From NCBI GenBank assembly GCA_035295425.1, contig DATGJB010000057.1:8480-72479 (forward strand): a stretch of 64,000 bases of DNA. The letters run 5' to 3'. Below are positions 9,359-17,783 of this stretch, piece by piece. The notes below the pieces were generated by a model. That model was not told where the DNA came from. It searched no databases and saw only the letters and a list, made by a program, of their open reading frames with translations. Position numbers and translations under genes: made by a program. This stretch comes from Chloroflexota bacterium. Lineage in GTDB: Bacteria > Chloroflexota > UBA5177. The first letter of the stretch is position 1. Every line of letters starts with the position of its first letter.

Positions 9359-10987
9359 CTACTCGACCGGGATCTCCTGGTGGATCGCGCCGAGATCGAT
9401 CCCCTCCCGCTGCCGGATGGCCCGCGAGATGAGATAGATGGCAAGCGCACCGACGTACAGGATTCCGAGGAAGACCAGCGAGGTATGGCTGTTCAGACCA
9501 TACAGGCTGTTCTGTAGCCACTCGTAGAGCGTCCAGACGAGGAACGCCGAGAAGATGACGCCGCAGATGCTGATGAGAGGGACACCGCCGATCTGGTAGC
9601 GAGCGACCGGTGACCCCAGATAGGCATCGCGCTGCCGCCAGGGCAGGATGACCGCGGCGATACAGGTACCGAGGAAGGTCACCGCGATAACCAGTGTTGC
9701 GTCGAAGGTGAGCGTCTGGAAGCTGTGCACCTGGTAGGCGTACAGCACCGACAGAATCAGGCCGGGAATGAGCATGGTGATCAGGGCGTTGATCGGCGCC
9801 CCGTTCTTCGCGATCTTCGAGAACCACTCGGGTATCACGCGGTCGAACCCGGCCGCGAACACGACGCGCGTACTCGACAGGAAGACGGTGCCGCACCAAC
9901 CCCAGAAGAACATGCTCAGGGCGAGCACCACCCAGAGCTGCAGGAGGTGGTTGCCGGTGGTGTAAGCCGCCTCCATGCCGGGATAGGTGAGCGCAATCGG
10001 CACGCCGGCGACAGCGTTCGCGCCGTTGTAGAAGGTGTCGGTGACCACGTGGGCCAGCAGGGCCAGCGCCACCACCGCCAGAACGGTGTTGACGATCACC
10101 GAATAGCCCATCGCCCGGATGTTTCGCTGAAAATCACTGGCGCCGCGCACCTCGCCGTAGAGGCTGGCGCCCCAGTTCGGGTACAGGTTGAAGAACAGGA
10201 CGAACGGAATGAGAGCGAAGCTGCCGACAAATGCGACCTTCGAGAAGATCGGGACGACACCCGCCTTGACGCCCGCCGCCAGCGTGTGGTTGTAATCCTG
10301 GCCGCCCAGGATGCTGCTGTAGTGGTTCCAGCCGTTGACGAAGGAGCTGTGGCTGGCGAACAGCAGCATGAGGAAGAAGGTGAGCAGCCCCAGGCTGCTG
10401 ACGTAGAAGCAGAACCGCTGTACCCGCGCGTAGAACTTCATCCCGAGCGCCACCACGACCGTGGCGAAGGCGGCGACCAGAACCGAGGACACCATCAGGC
10501 CGCCCTGCGTCTGGGAGTTCTGCGCCCAGGTCACCAGCGTGTGGTTGCCGGTCCAGTCGCCGAGCACCGCGAACAGCGGCCCGGTGAACTGAACGGACAG
10601 CACGTTGCCGTAGATCGGCACCCACAGCCAGAGGATGAAGACCCAGCCGGTAATTGCCAGCGTGAAACCGATGCCCCCTCCCAATATCCTGGTCTGCCAG
10701 ACGTAGTCACCTCCAGCCCGCGGCATGACCGAAATCAGGGCGGCGTACACCACTACCTCGAACAGGATGAATATTCCGCTGACGATGATGGCGGTGATGA
10801 GGTTCCCACCCGGGAATACGTACCCGTACGCGAATGCGAAAAAGCCCAGCGCGACGATGTTGATGGAGAAGTACGAGTACAGGAAACCGTCGAAGGTGGA
10901 CCAGGCGCGTACCAGGCCTGTCGCGTTTCGCACAAAGAGCTTCGACCCGGCCGGGGCGGCTCTCCCGGGAACTTCGGTCGTCGTCAT
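9359..10987 (-). CDS. APC-superfamily amino acid / amine permease
   Basis: About 12 TM helices with an APC-like N-terminal region (FSINIVALGFFAFAYGY...). The start is probably MTTTEVPG at 10987 rather than 11005. Confidence 0.8.
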   Translation of the reverse strand: MTTTEVPGRAAPAGSKLFVRNATGLVRAWSTFDGFLYSYFSINIVALGFFAFAYGYVFPGGNLITAIIVSGIFILFEVVVYAALISVMPRAGGDYVWQTRILGGGIGFTLAITGWVFILWLWVPIYGNVLSVQFTGPLFAVLGDWTGNHTLVTWAQNSQTQGGLMVSSVLVAAFATVVVALGMKFYARVQRFCFYVSSLGLLTFFLMLLFASHSSFVNGWNHYSSILGGQDYNHTLAAGVKAGVVPIFSKVAFVGSFALIPFVLFFNLYPNWGASLYGEVRGASDFQRNIRAMGYSVIVNTVLAVVALALLAHVVTDTFYNGANAVAGVPIALTYPGMEAAYTTGNHLLQLWVVLALSMFFWGWCGTVFLSSTRVVFAAGFDRVIPEWFSKIAKNGAPINALITMLIPGLILSVLYAYQVHSFQTLTFDATLVIAVTFLGTCIAAVILPWRQRDAYLGSPVARYQIGGVPLISICGVIFSAFLVWTLYEWLQNSLYGLNSHTSLVFLGILYVGALAIYLISRAIRQREGIDLGAIHQEIPVE

Positions 10988-11188
10988 AACTGCTCCTCCT
11001 GTCACTGAGGATCCGGCCGTGGCATCTCTCTGGCCGGAACCACTCGGATTCCCTCACGCCGGCCGGCAGACCGACCCGGACTTCCGCCAATGCCCGGCGC
11101 GAGCGACAGATCACCAGACCCACTCACACCTGCGACTACCTCATCCTCACCTCCTGCCGGTGGCGCGCCGCACGTTGTGCGGGCCGGA

Positions 11189-12130
11189 TCAGCCGGACGT
11201 CAGCGTATGCGACACGATTTTGGAGCCGTCAAAATCAATTCGGGCGCCAAGCAGGATGCCCTGCTCGTACGAACTGCCCGGATTGATGCAGAGCGTCTTG
11301 CCGATGCGGGTGATCCCCCGCCCCTCGTGGATATGCCCGAAGAGTGCGAGCGGCGGTTGGTGCCGCTCGATCAGGCGGCGCACCGCGGTGCTGCCCACCG
11401 GCACCAGCACCTGGCCAGCGTACTTCGGCCGCATGTTCTCGTCCAGCTCGGCCGCCTCGTCGAGGCCCGAGCCATACGCGGGACAGTGCATGTTGAAGAC
11501 ACACGAGTCGAACGAGGGAACGTCGGCCGCCATCTCGTCGAGCTTCTGCTCCAGGTCTGCCTCGTCCATCTCCCGGTCGGTTTTCCAGGGAGTTCGATTG
11601 GCCCACCCGGTGCTGATCATGGTGAGCGTGCCGTCGAGGGGCAGGCAGCGACCCTCGGCCAGCGTTACGCGCTTCGCCTGGCGGATAACGTCGTCGATCG
11701 CGAAGAAGTCGTCGTTGCCGGGGCAGACATACACCTGAATATCGGTGCCGGCGAGCTTTGTCTCCGCATACTCCAGCCAGGCGGCGACCCGGTCAAGCAC
11801 GCAGCGTGTGAACAGCTCCTCGACGGTCTCCGGATGGCGCTCGTACTCGGCCATCTCGTCGGCTTCCATCCGGACCGGATAGTACCCCTTGTTGCTGATG
11901 GTCTTCTCCATCGCCACGACATCATCCTCGCTCTTGAGGGTCGTGGTCTGTTCCATCAGCTCGACGCGGTAGCGGCCCTTGCCGTCCTTGACGATCGGCA
12001 CGACTGCTTTGCCCGTCATGTCGCCCCCCAGCACCAGAACCTGAGCGTTGTAGAAACTGGCGCCGGCGATGAACTTCTTCCAGCAGACGTCCGACCCGTG
12101 CACATCGGTCGCAAAGAAGATGCGGAACAT
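11189..12130 (-). CDS. Calcineurin-like metallophosphoesterase
   Basis: MFRIFFATDVHGS (the D-x-H motif), GGDMTGK, YVCPGNDD and FGHIHEG are the signature metal-binding motifs of the metallophosphatase superfamily. Confidence 0.75.
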   Translation of the reverse strand: MFRIFFATDVHGSDVCWKKFIAGASFYNAQVLVLGGDMTGKAVVPIVKDGKGRYRVELMEQTTTLKSEDDVVAMEKTISNKGYYPVRMEADEMAEYERHPETVEELFTRCVLDRVAAWLEYAETKLAGTDIQVYVCPGNDDFFAIDDVIRQAKRVTLAEGRCLPLDGTLTMISTGWANRTPWKTDREMDEADLEQKLDEMAADVPSFDSCVFNMHCPAYGSGLDEAAELDENMRPKYAGQVLVPVGSTAVRRLIERHQPPLALFGHIHEGRGITRIGKTLCINPGSSYEQGILLGARIDFDGSKIVSHTLTSG

Positions 12131-12250
12131 GGGCACTCCTTCTCCACCAGGCACAGGCGCCGCCACACTTCTGTTCCCAGGCCAGGCGGGACACCGGCCT
12201 ACACGGTCGCGTGCACCATCATCCTACTGCTCACTTTCTAACGCGTCAAT

Positions 12251-13621
12251 CTACAAATACTTTCGTAGCAGCTTGCCGGCCGGACTGTACGGCAGCGAGT
12301 CACGCAGCTCCAGCTCGGCGGGGACAAAGGCGGACGGGAGCCGGTCCACGCACCAGTCGCGCAGCTCGGGTGCAGTGAGTCCGGGAGCCACCACCACGGC
12401 TCTCAGCGCCGGCCGCCCGTCGGCAGCCCGCATCGGCAGCACAACCACCTCGCGTACCGCCTGGTGCGCGGCGATCATCTCCTCCACTCGCTCGGGTGGA
12501 ACGACCTCGCCGTCAACCTCGAGTGGGGGGCGCACCCGGCCCGACAGCCGCAGACGGCCCGGCGCGTCGCGCGAGCCCAGGTCCCCGGTGTGGTACCAAC
12601 CGCCGGGACCGAGCGCCGGTACGAGCTGCCCGTTCTCGATATACACGGCCGCCACGGATTGAGATCGCACCAACACTTCGCCCACCGGAGAGAGATCCAC
12701 TTCGAGGTGCGGCAGCGTGTGTCCCACCGTGTGGGGCGACGGCTCGGGTCCCGCGTCGAGTGCGATCGTTCCGGTCTCGGTCGTGCCGTAGTCTTGACGG
12801 ATTGGGATCCCGGTAGCCCTCAGAAAGGCGTCGTAGAGGCCATCGGGAAGCGGCGCCCCCGCGCTCAGCGCCAGGCGAGGCCGGAAGGCGCCGGGCTGAT
12901 TGAGCAGCACCCGGTAGCTGCCCGGCAAGCCGAAGAAAACGCTCGGGTTCACGGCAGCCGCCCGCGCAGCGGCCTCTCCCGGCGCCGGCGCCAGGATGAC
13001 CTCGGCGCCGCGGCGCGAGGCAGCGATCAGCCCACCGACCAGGGCGTAGGAGTGAGCGATCGACGACGCGCAGAGGACGCGATCGGCGAGCTCGAGGTGC
13101 AGTGTTTCGGCGACCACATCCGCCTCGCGCGCCACACCATCCAGCGAACGCACCGCGAAGCGTGACGGGCCGGTCGACCCGGAGGTGAGCTGGCACAGCA
13201 CAGGCAGACCGTCAATCGGCGAATCGGTCTCGAGCCCGGCCCGTGCCAGCAGGCGTATATCGCGCTCCTCCCAGACCGCTCGCCACCCGGCAAGCGACAG
13301 ACGCGAGAGTGCCGCCGCGGGCGCCACCACGAATCCGATGGCGGCCGAAATCAGAGCCCCGGCCGCTTCGTCCGGACGTAGACTTGCCGGGAGCAGGAGG
13401 ATGGGGTGCTCCAGGTCGAGCGCCGCGCCGAGGAGTGCCACGCCCTCCCCGCTGTTGGTGCCGACAATGGCAACCGCTGCCGCCGCGGGAACATGTCCGG
13501 CCAGCCTCTGGGCAATGGTGTCGCGCAGCTGTAGCAGCTCCGCGGCCTGCCACACCCGGTCCGCGATCAGCCGTGCCGGTCCTTGTCCAAGCAGGCGCGA
13601 GGACGGTCCCAGCTGCCTCAC
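12251..13621 (-). CDS. AMP-dependent synthetase/ligase (acyl/aryl-CoA ligase-like adenylating enzyme)
   Basis: TSGSTGPSRFA (A3 motif), QDYGTTETG, YHTGDLG and the C-terminal PYSPAGKLLRK. Confidence 0.8.
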   Translation of the reverse strand: MRQLGPSSRLLGQGPARLIADRVWQAAELLQLRDTIAQRLAGHVPAAAAVAIVGTNSGEGVALLGAALDLEHPILLLPASLRPDEAAGALISAAIGFVVAPAAALSRLSLAGWRAVWEERDIRLLARAGLETDSPIDGLPVLCQLTSGSTGPSRFAVRSLDGVAREADVVAETLHLELADRVLCASSIAHSYALVGGLIAASRRGAEVILAPAPGEAAARAAAVNPSVFFGLPGSYRVLLNQPGAFRPRLALSAGAPLPDGLYDAFLRATGIPIRQDYGTTETGTIALDAGPEPSPHTVGHTLPHLEVDLSPVGEVLVRSQSVAAVYIENGQLVPALGPGGWYHTGDLGSRDAPGRLRLSGRVRPPLEVDGEVVPPERVEEMIAAHQAVREVVVLPMRAADGRPALRAVVVAPGLTAPELRDWCVDRLPSAFVPAELELRDSLPYSPAGKLLRKYL

Positions 13622-13769
13622 CGCCTCATCTCATTCGGGCTCCCGCGTCACGAAACCGCTTCGTCACAGTCGCGCTAAGCCCATCAAGACCGCGGCCTGG
13701 CCGTGGCCGTGACACCGCATCTCACAAGCGACGGTACCACGCGCCGGGGTAACGCGCCAGATGGGGGGT

Positions 13770-15287
13770 CTACGCGGAGGCGGCGTCCGCTCTCGGCACC
13801 TGCGGCGCCAGCCGCCCGCTCGAATCAACCGCCGAGAGTGGGCGGGCGATGGCCTCCAGTGACTTGCGCTCGGCCGCCACCGCGAACACGGCGGCGGTGA
13901 GCCCGCCCAGGATCATGAGTCCGGCGCCGAGCAGATCTCCCTCGAAGACGCTGCGCGCCGAGTTCTCGATTAGCTTGCCGAACAGCCAGGGGGCGAAGGC
14001 GCCGGCCCCTGTGCCCAGCGCGTAGAAGAGGGCGATCGCCATGGCCCGTATCTCGAGCGGGAAGATCTCGCTCACCGTCAGGTAACCGGAGCTGGCCCCG
14101 GCCGAGGCAAAGAAGAAGACGACGGACCAGCAGATGGTCTGGGTCACCGCATTCAACGCGCCCATGTAGAAGAAGTAGCCGGTAACGATCAGAAGGATGC
14201 CGGACGTGATGTAGGTGGCCGAGATCATGACCCGCCGCCCGATAGTGTCGAAGAGCGGTCCAAGCAACAACGGGCCGAAGAAGTTCCCAACCGCGAACGG
14301 CAGAATGTACAACCCGACACTACTGTCCGGCACCTTGTAGAACTTCGTCAGCACCAGGGCGTAGGTGAAGAAGATTGCGTTATAGAGGAACGCCTGCGTG
14401 CTCATCAGCATGGCACCGAGGATCGAACGTGTCGTGTACTGAGTGAAGAGCACCCTGCCTACAGTGATGAAGCCCATCGGCGGCCGCTGTACGATCCTCA
14501 CGCTCCCCTCGGGCGGCGCGAGTCGCCGGAGACCGGTTTCGTCCTTGACCTTGGCCTCGATCATTTCCACGATCTCGTTCGCTTCGTCGACCCGTCCATG
14601 CGTCATGAGCCAGCGTGGGCTCTCCGGCACGAAGCGGCGAACCAGGAGAACGGCCAGACCGAGCACTGCGCCGATGCCGAAGCAGAGACGCCAGCCGATA
14701 CTGTGGCTGATCAGGTGCGGATCGAGCAGCACCAGGGTCGCGAGGGCGCCGACCGCGGTTCCCACCCACCAGCTGCCGTTGATGGCGAGGTCAACACGGC
14801 CGCGCACCCGGGCCGGAATGAGCTCGTCGATTGCGGAGTTGATGGCCGAGTACTCGCCGCCGATACCTGCTCCGGTGAAAAAGCGGAACAGCGCGAAGGT
14901 GACGAAATTCCAGGAAAAGGCGGTGAGAACCGTGGCGATGAGATAGACCAGCAGCGTGATCATGAAGAGGTTCTTCCGGCCGAAGCGGTCGGTCAGATAG
15001 CTGAAGAAGAGCGCGCCACAGACCGCACCGATCAGGTACGACGTGGCCGCGAAGCCGATCTGGGGGCTGCTGAGATGGAGCGTGCCCTTCTCGCCCAGCA
15101 CTCCGGCGATCGCGCCGACGATGTTGACCTCGAGCCCATCGAGAATCCAGGTGATTCCCAGCGAGACGATGATCAACCAGTGCCAGGGCGCCCAGGGCAA
15201 GCGATCTATGCGTGCCGGAATGTCCGTCTCGACCTCGTGTGGCGAGCTGCCTTCTCCCCAGGTCAGATTTCGTGCTGCGCTACTCAT
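13770..15287 (-). CDS. MFS transporter (sugar-porter / metabolite:H+ symporter-like)
   Basis: 12 predicted TM helices, the GRKNLF-type loop motif (DRFGRKNLFM) and a PESPRWL sugar-porter signature. Confidence 0.8.
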   Translation of the reverse strand: MSSAARNLTWGEGSSPHEVETDIPARIDRLPWAPWHWLIIVSLGITWILDGLEVNIVGAIAGVLGEKGTLHLSSPQIGFAATSYLIGAVCGALFFSYLTDRFGRKNLFMITLLVYLIATVLTAFSWNFVTFALFRFFTGAGIGGEYSAINSAIDELIPARVRGRVDLAINGSWWVGTAVGALATLVLLDPHLISHSIGWRLCFGIGAVLGLAVLLVRRFVPESPRWLMTHGRVDEANEIVEMIEAKVKDETGLRRLAPPEGSVRIVQRPPMGFITVGRVLFTQYTTRSILGAMLMSTQAFLYNAIFFTYALVLTKFYKVPDSSVGLYILPFAVGNFFGPLLLGPLFDTIGRRVMISATYITSGILLIVTGYFFYMGALNAVTQTICWSVVFFFASAGASSGYLTVSEIFPLEIRAMAIALFYALGTGAGAFAPWLFGKLIENSARSVFEGDLLGAGLMILGGLTAAVFAVAAERKSLEAIARPLSAVDSSGRLAPQVPRADAASA

Positions 15288-15347
15288 CTCTTCCCTCGAT
15301 TTCTCCGGAACTCACCGACAGGCTGCTCTTCCCCACCACCGGCACCG

Positions 15348-15821
15348 TCAATGCCGCGCCGCCACCTGCTTTCGCTCCAGCGTGCGCGGCGAAGCCGAGC
15401 CATCCTCGGTCTCCCGCCGTACCGGCACGAGCTGGGGCCTGGTCGCTTCGACCCTGGCCATCCGCACCCGCAGGATGCCGTCCGAGTACGTCGCCTCGGC
15501 GGTCGCCGGCTCCACCGGGACCGGCAGGTTGAGCGACTGCTCGAACCGTCCCCGCCGAATGCCCTGGAGCTGGGCTTCGCCCAGACCAGACTCAGCCGGT
15601 ACCTGCCCGGAAATGGTGATCGTGTTGTTGGTAAGCGCGACCTGAAAGTCGTCCGGGATCGCTCCCGCCGCGGCCAGCTCGACCACCACGTCAGTGTCGC
15701 CGACGTAGATGTCGGAGGGCGGCAGCAGGCCGTTCTCGTAGAGCTCGTCGAGCATCTCGCGCAGCCGCGGATATCGCTGCAGACCGCGGCCGGGATCAAG
15801 CGGTAGCCAGTGTGCAAGCAT
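15348..15821 (-). CDS. Hsp20 / alpha-crystallin family small heat-shock protein
   Basis: 157 aa with a full N-terminal arm plus an alpha-crystallin domain (DIYVGDTDVVVELAAAGAIPDDFQVALTNNTITISGQ...GILRVRMAR). Confidence 0.85.
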   Translation of the reverse strand: MLAHWLPLDPGRGLQRYPRLREMLDELYENGLLPPSDIYVGDTDVVVELAAAGAIPDDFQVALTNNTITISGQVPAESGLGEAQLQGIRRGRFEQSLNLPVPVEPATAEATYSDGILRVRMARVEATRPQLVPVRRETEDGSASPRTLERKQVAARH

Positions 15822-15864
15822 GGAAGGCCTCGCGTGACACGTATTGACAGATGCACGAACTCAG

Positions 15865-15880
15865 TGCAAATGCCGTGCCA
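15865..15880 (-). promoter_or_regulatory. Sigma-54 (RpoN) type -24/-12 promoter, TGGCACG-GCAT-TTGCA, about 45 nt upstream of the hsp20 start
   Basis: The reverse complement of the plus strand at 15865-15880 is TGGCACGGCATTTGCA. This matches the TGGCAC-N5-TTGCA consensus at all 11 specified positions with exact spacing, and it is oriented toward hsp20. Confidence 0.55.
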
Positions 15881-15909
15881 TGCCGGCGCGGGCCGGAGAA
15901 CGAATCGAC

Positions 15910-16479
15910 TCAGCGCCGCTGGCGGTAGAGACTGCGATCGGGAACCCTGAGCATGGCGTCGGTGTCCAGCTGTTGACCGAGAAAGTCCCCGATGCGCGCC
16001 ACCACTAACTCGGGGCGCGCCAGCACCTCGTGGTGGTCGACGTAGAGCACGTCGACATTCGGCTGCTCGGCGAGCCACCCTTCGACCCGCGCCAGCTGAC
16101 GCCGGTAGATCTCTACCAGCTCGGCCTCGCCGGCGCCTCCGGTGTCCTCACCGTGCCGCCGCAGCATCTCGTCCTGGGAGGCGACGACCTCGGAGAGGTC
16201 GCGCTTCATGAAGATCACGCGATATCGCCGGTCCATCGGGAGGTCATAGAGGAGCAGGTACACCATCTTGACCGCCTTCCCTGGCGCCTGGTCGAGCCAG
16301 CCGGCGTTCCGGCCCACCTGCTTGACCGCCTCGAATTCGAAGTAGCCACGCGGGTTATCCTCGTCTGCCTCACGGAGGTGGTCGGTGAGGGCCGGCACAC
16401 CGCCCGCCGCCAGCATCTGCATCATGAGCGAGGTGCCGGAGCGAGGCATCCCGGCCACGATGATGATCGGCGATTCCAT
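15910..16479 (-). CDS. Sulfotransferase-family protein (PAPS-dependent, P-loop type)
   Basis: IIIVAGMPRSGTSLM (5'-PSB-like P-loop) and FMKRDLSEVVAS (3'-PB-like). The start is MESPIIIV at 16479; the track ORF extends to 16521. Confidence 0.7.
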   Translation of the reverse strand: MESPIIIVAGMPRSGTSLMMQMLAAGGVPALTDHLREADEDNPRGYFEFEAVKQVGRNAGWLDQAPGKAVKMVYLLLYDLPMDRRYRVIFMKRDLSEVVASQDEMLRRHGEDTGGAGEAELVEIYRRQLARVEGWLAEQPNVDVLYVDHHEVLARPELVVARIGDFLGQQLDTDAMLRVPDRSLYRQRR

Positions 16480-16598
16480 CGATTCCCCTTCCATTCGATG
16501 GTACCCGACACCGGCCGACATGCCGCCGCGATGGCGCCGTTCGGCTCGCCCATCGAGGGTGGGCCGGCGCCGGCCCCTTTCGCTCGTATAGTCAAAGG

Positions 16599-17510
16599 GT
16601 GAGCAAGCTGCTCTCCCTTTACGATGCCGTCGAGCGCTGGGTGGAGAATGGCTCGTCGGTCGTGATGAGCGCCGCGCTCGAGGCGCTGATTCCTTTCGCT
16701 GCGGGACATGAGATCATCCGGCAGCGGAAGCAGGATCTGACGCTGATCGCGCCGATCTCCGACATCCTGTTCGATCAGCTGATCGGCGCCGGGTGCGTCG
16801 CAGCCGTCAAAGCCGCCTGGGTGGGCAACGTGAGCGCCGGACTCGGCCACAACTACCGCCGTGCCGCCGAGCACGCCGTGCCTCGCGCACTCGCCATTGA
16901 GGATCACAGTAACTTCTCGATCACTCTGGCCCTGCTCGCCGGGAGCCTTGGCGCACCCTACCTGCCGACCCGCTCCCTGCTGGGTACGGACATTCTCCGC
17001 CGCAATGACCGGCTGATGGAAACGACGTCACCGTTCGGCGCGGACCGGCTGGTGCTGGTGCCGGCCGAGACGCCGGATGTCGCCATCCTGCACGTGCAGC
17101 GCTGCGACGAGGACGGCAATGCCCATGCCTGGGGCAACCTCGGGTTCAGCCGCGAGGCGCTGGCCGCGTCCCGGCGGACCATTCTCATCGCGGAGGAGAT
17201 CGTGCCGCGCGATCTCATCGCCAGCGACCCCAACCGCGTCCTGGGTCCATCACAGAAGGTGGTCGCGGTCGTGCATGAGCCGGGCGGCGCCCACCCGTCG
17301 CCGGTGCAGGGCCACTACAATCGCGACCATACGTTCTTTCACGAGTACCATGCGGCAACCCGTACCGAGGAGGGCTCGCAGGCGTGGCTGCGGGAGTGGG
17401 TTTACGGCGTACCGGACCGCCAGGCCTATATTGATCGACTCGGCGATCGCTGGCCGGTCTTGCAACGGAAACAGCACCGATTTGCCGCTCCCGTCGACTA
17501 CGGCTACTGA
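16599..17510 (+). CDS. CoA-transferase family I, subunit A-like (glutaconate / 3-oxoacid CoA-transferase A)
   Basis: 303 aa, with alpha-subunit-like sequence throughout (SAALEALIPFAAGHEIIRQ..., GNVSAGLGHNYRRAAEH). No B subunit is adjacent. GTG start after AAAGGGTG. Confidence 0.7.
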   Translation: MSKLLSLYDAVERWVENGSSVVMSAALEALIPFAAGHEIIRQRKQDLTLIAPISDILFDQLIGAGCVAAVKAAWVGNVSAGLGHNYRRAAEHAVPRALAIEDHSNFSITLALLAGSLGAPYLPTRSLLGTDILRRNDRLMETTSPFGADRLVLVPAETPDVAILHVQRCDEDGNAHAWGNLGFSREALAASRRTILIAEEIVPRDLIASDPNRVLGPSQKVVAVVHEPGGAHPSPVQGHYNRDHTFFHEYHAATRTEEGSQAWLREWVYGVPDRQAYIDRLGDRWPVLQRKQHRFAAPVDYGY

Positions 17511-17514
17511 TCGC

Positions 17515-17700
17515 TCACACCGGATGCTTGTAGGGAAACTGCTCCTGATCCCACTTCTCTTTGCGCATCTCGCCACTGTCGTCGGGCGTGTTCGCGGCGT
17601 CCTTGCTCAGGTGGTCGCTGAGGATCGGTTCGTCGCCGTGGTCGGTTCGCCACCATTCGCCCTCGTGACCGGTCTTCTCGGACGGCTTGACTGTCGACAT
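17515..17700 (-). CDS. Small acidic hypothetical protein (61 aa)
   Basis: ATG at 17700 is preceded by GGAGGTGAGAAT, an excellent SD. Hydrophilic, charge-rich sequence MSTVKPSEKTGHEGEWWRTDHGDEPILSDHLSKDAANTPDDSGEMRKEKWDQEQFPYKHPV. Confidence 0.4.
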   Translation of the reverse strand: MSTVKPSEKTGHEGEWWRTDHGDEPILSDHLSKDAANTPDDSGEMRKEKWDQEQFPYKHPV

Positions 17701-17783
17701 ATTCTCACCTCCTGACAATCTCGTTCGCAGGATGCGTACCGTCTCTGCCGCCCGTCCGGAATCCGGCGCCACGGACTGAGATA

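Noticed and set aside
8149-9432. Long ORFs antisense to recognisable genes: 8149..9432(+), 9725..11008(+), 6542..7966(+), 6831..7790(+), 3450..4400(+), 14598..15806(+), 29551..30765(-), 35736..36641(-) and 33321..34436(+).
   Set aside because: Each lies opposite a gene with clear family signatures. In G+C-rich DNA stop codons are rare in all frames, so these are composition artefacts. Their translations are Arg/Pro/Gly-rich low-complexity sequences with no motifs.
15841-15909. HAIR (HspR) or CIRCE (HrcA) heat-shock operators upstream of hsp20.
   Set aside because: No match to CTTGAGT-N7-ACTCAAG or TTAGCACTC-N9-GAGTGCTAA. The only inverted repeat present (TGCAC-N7-GTGCA) overlaps the sigma-54 -12 region and is short.
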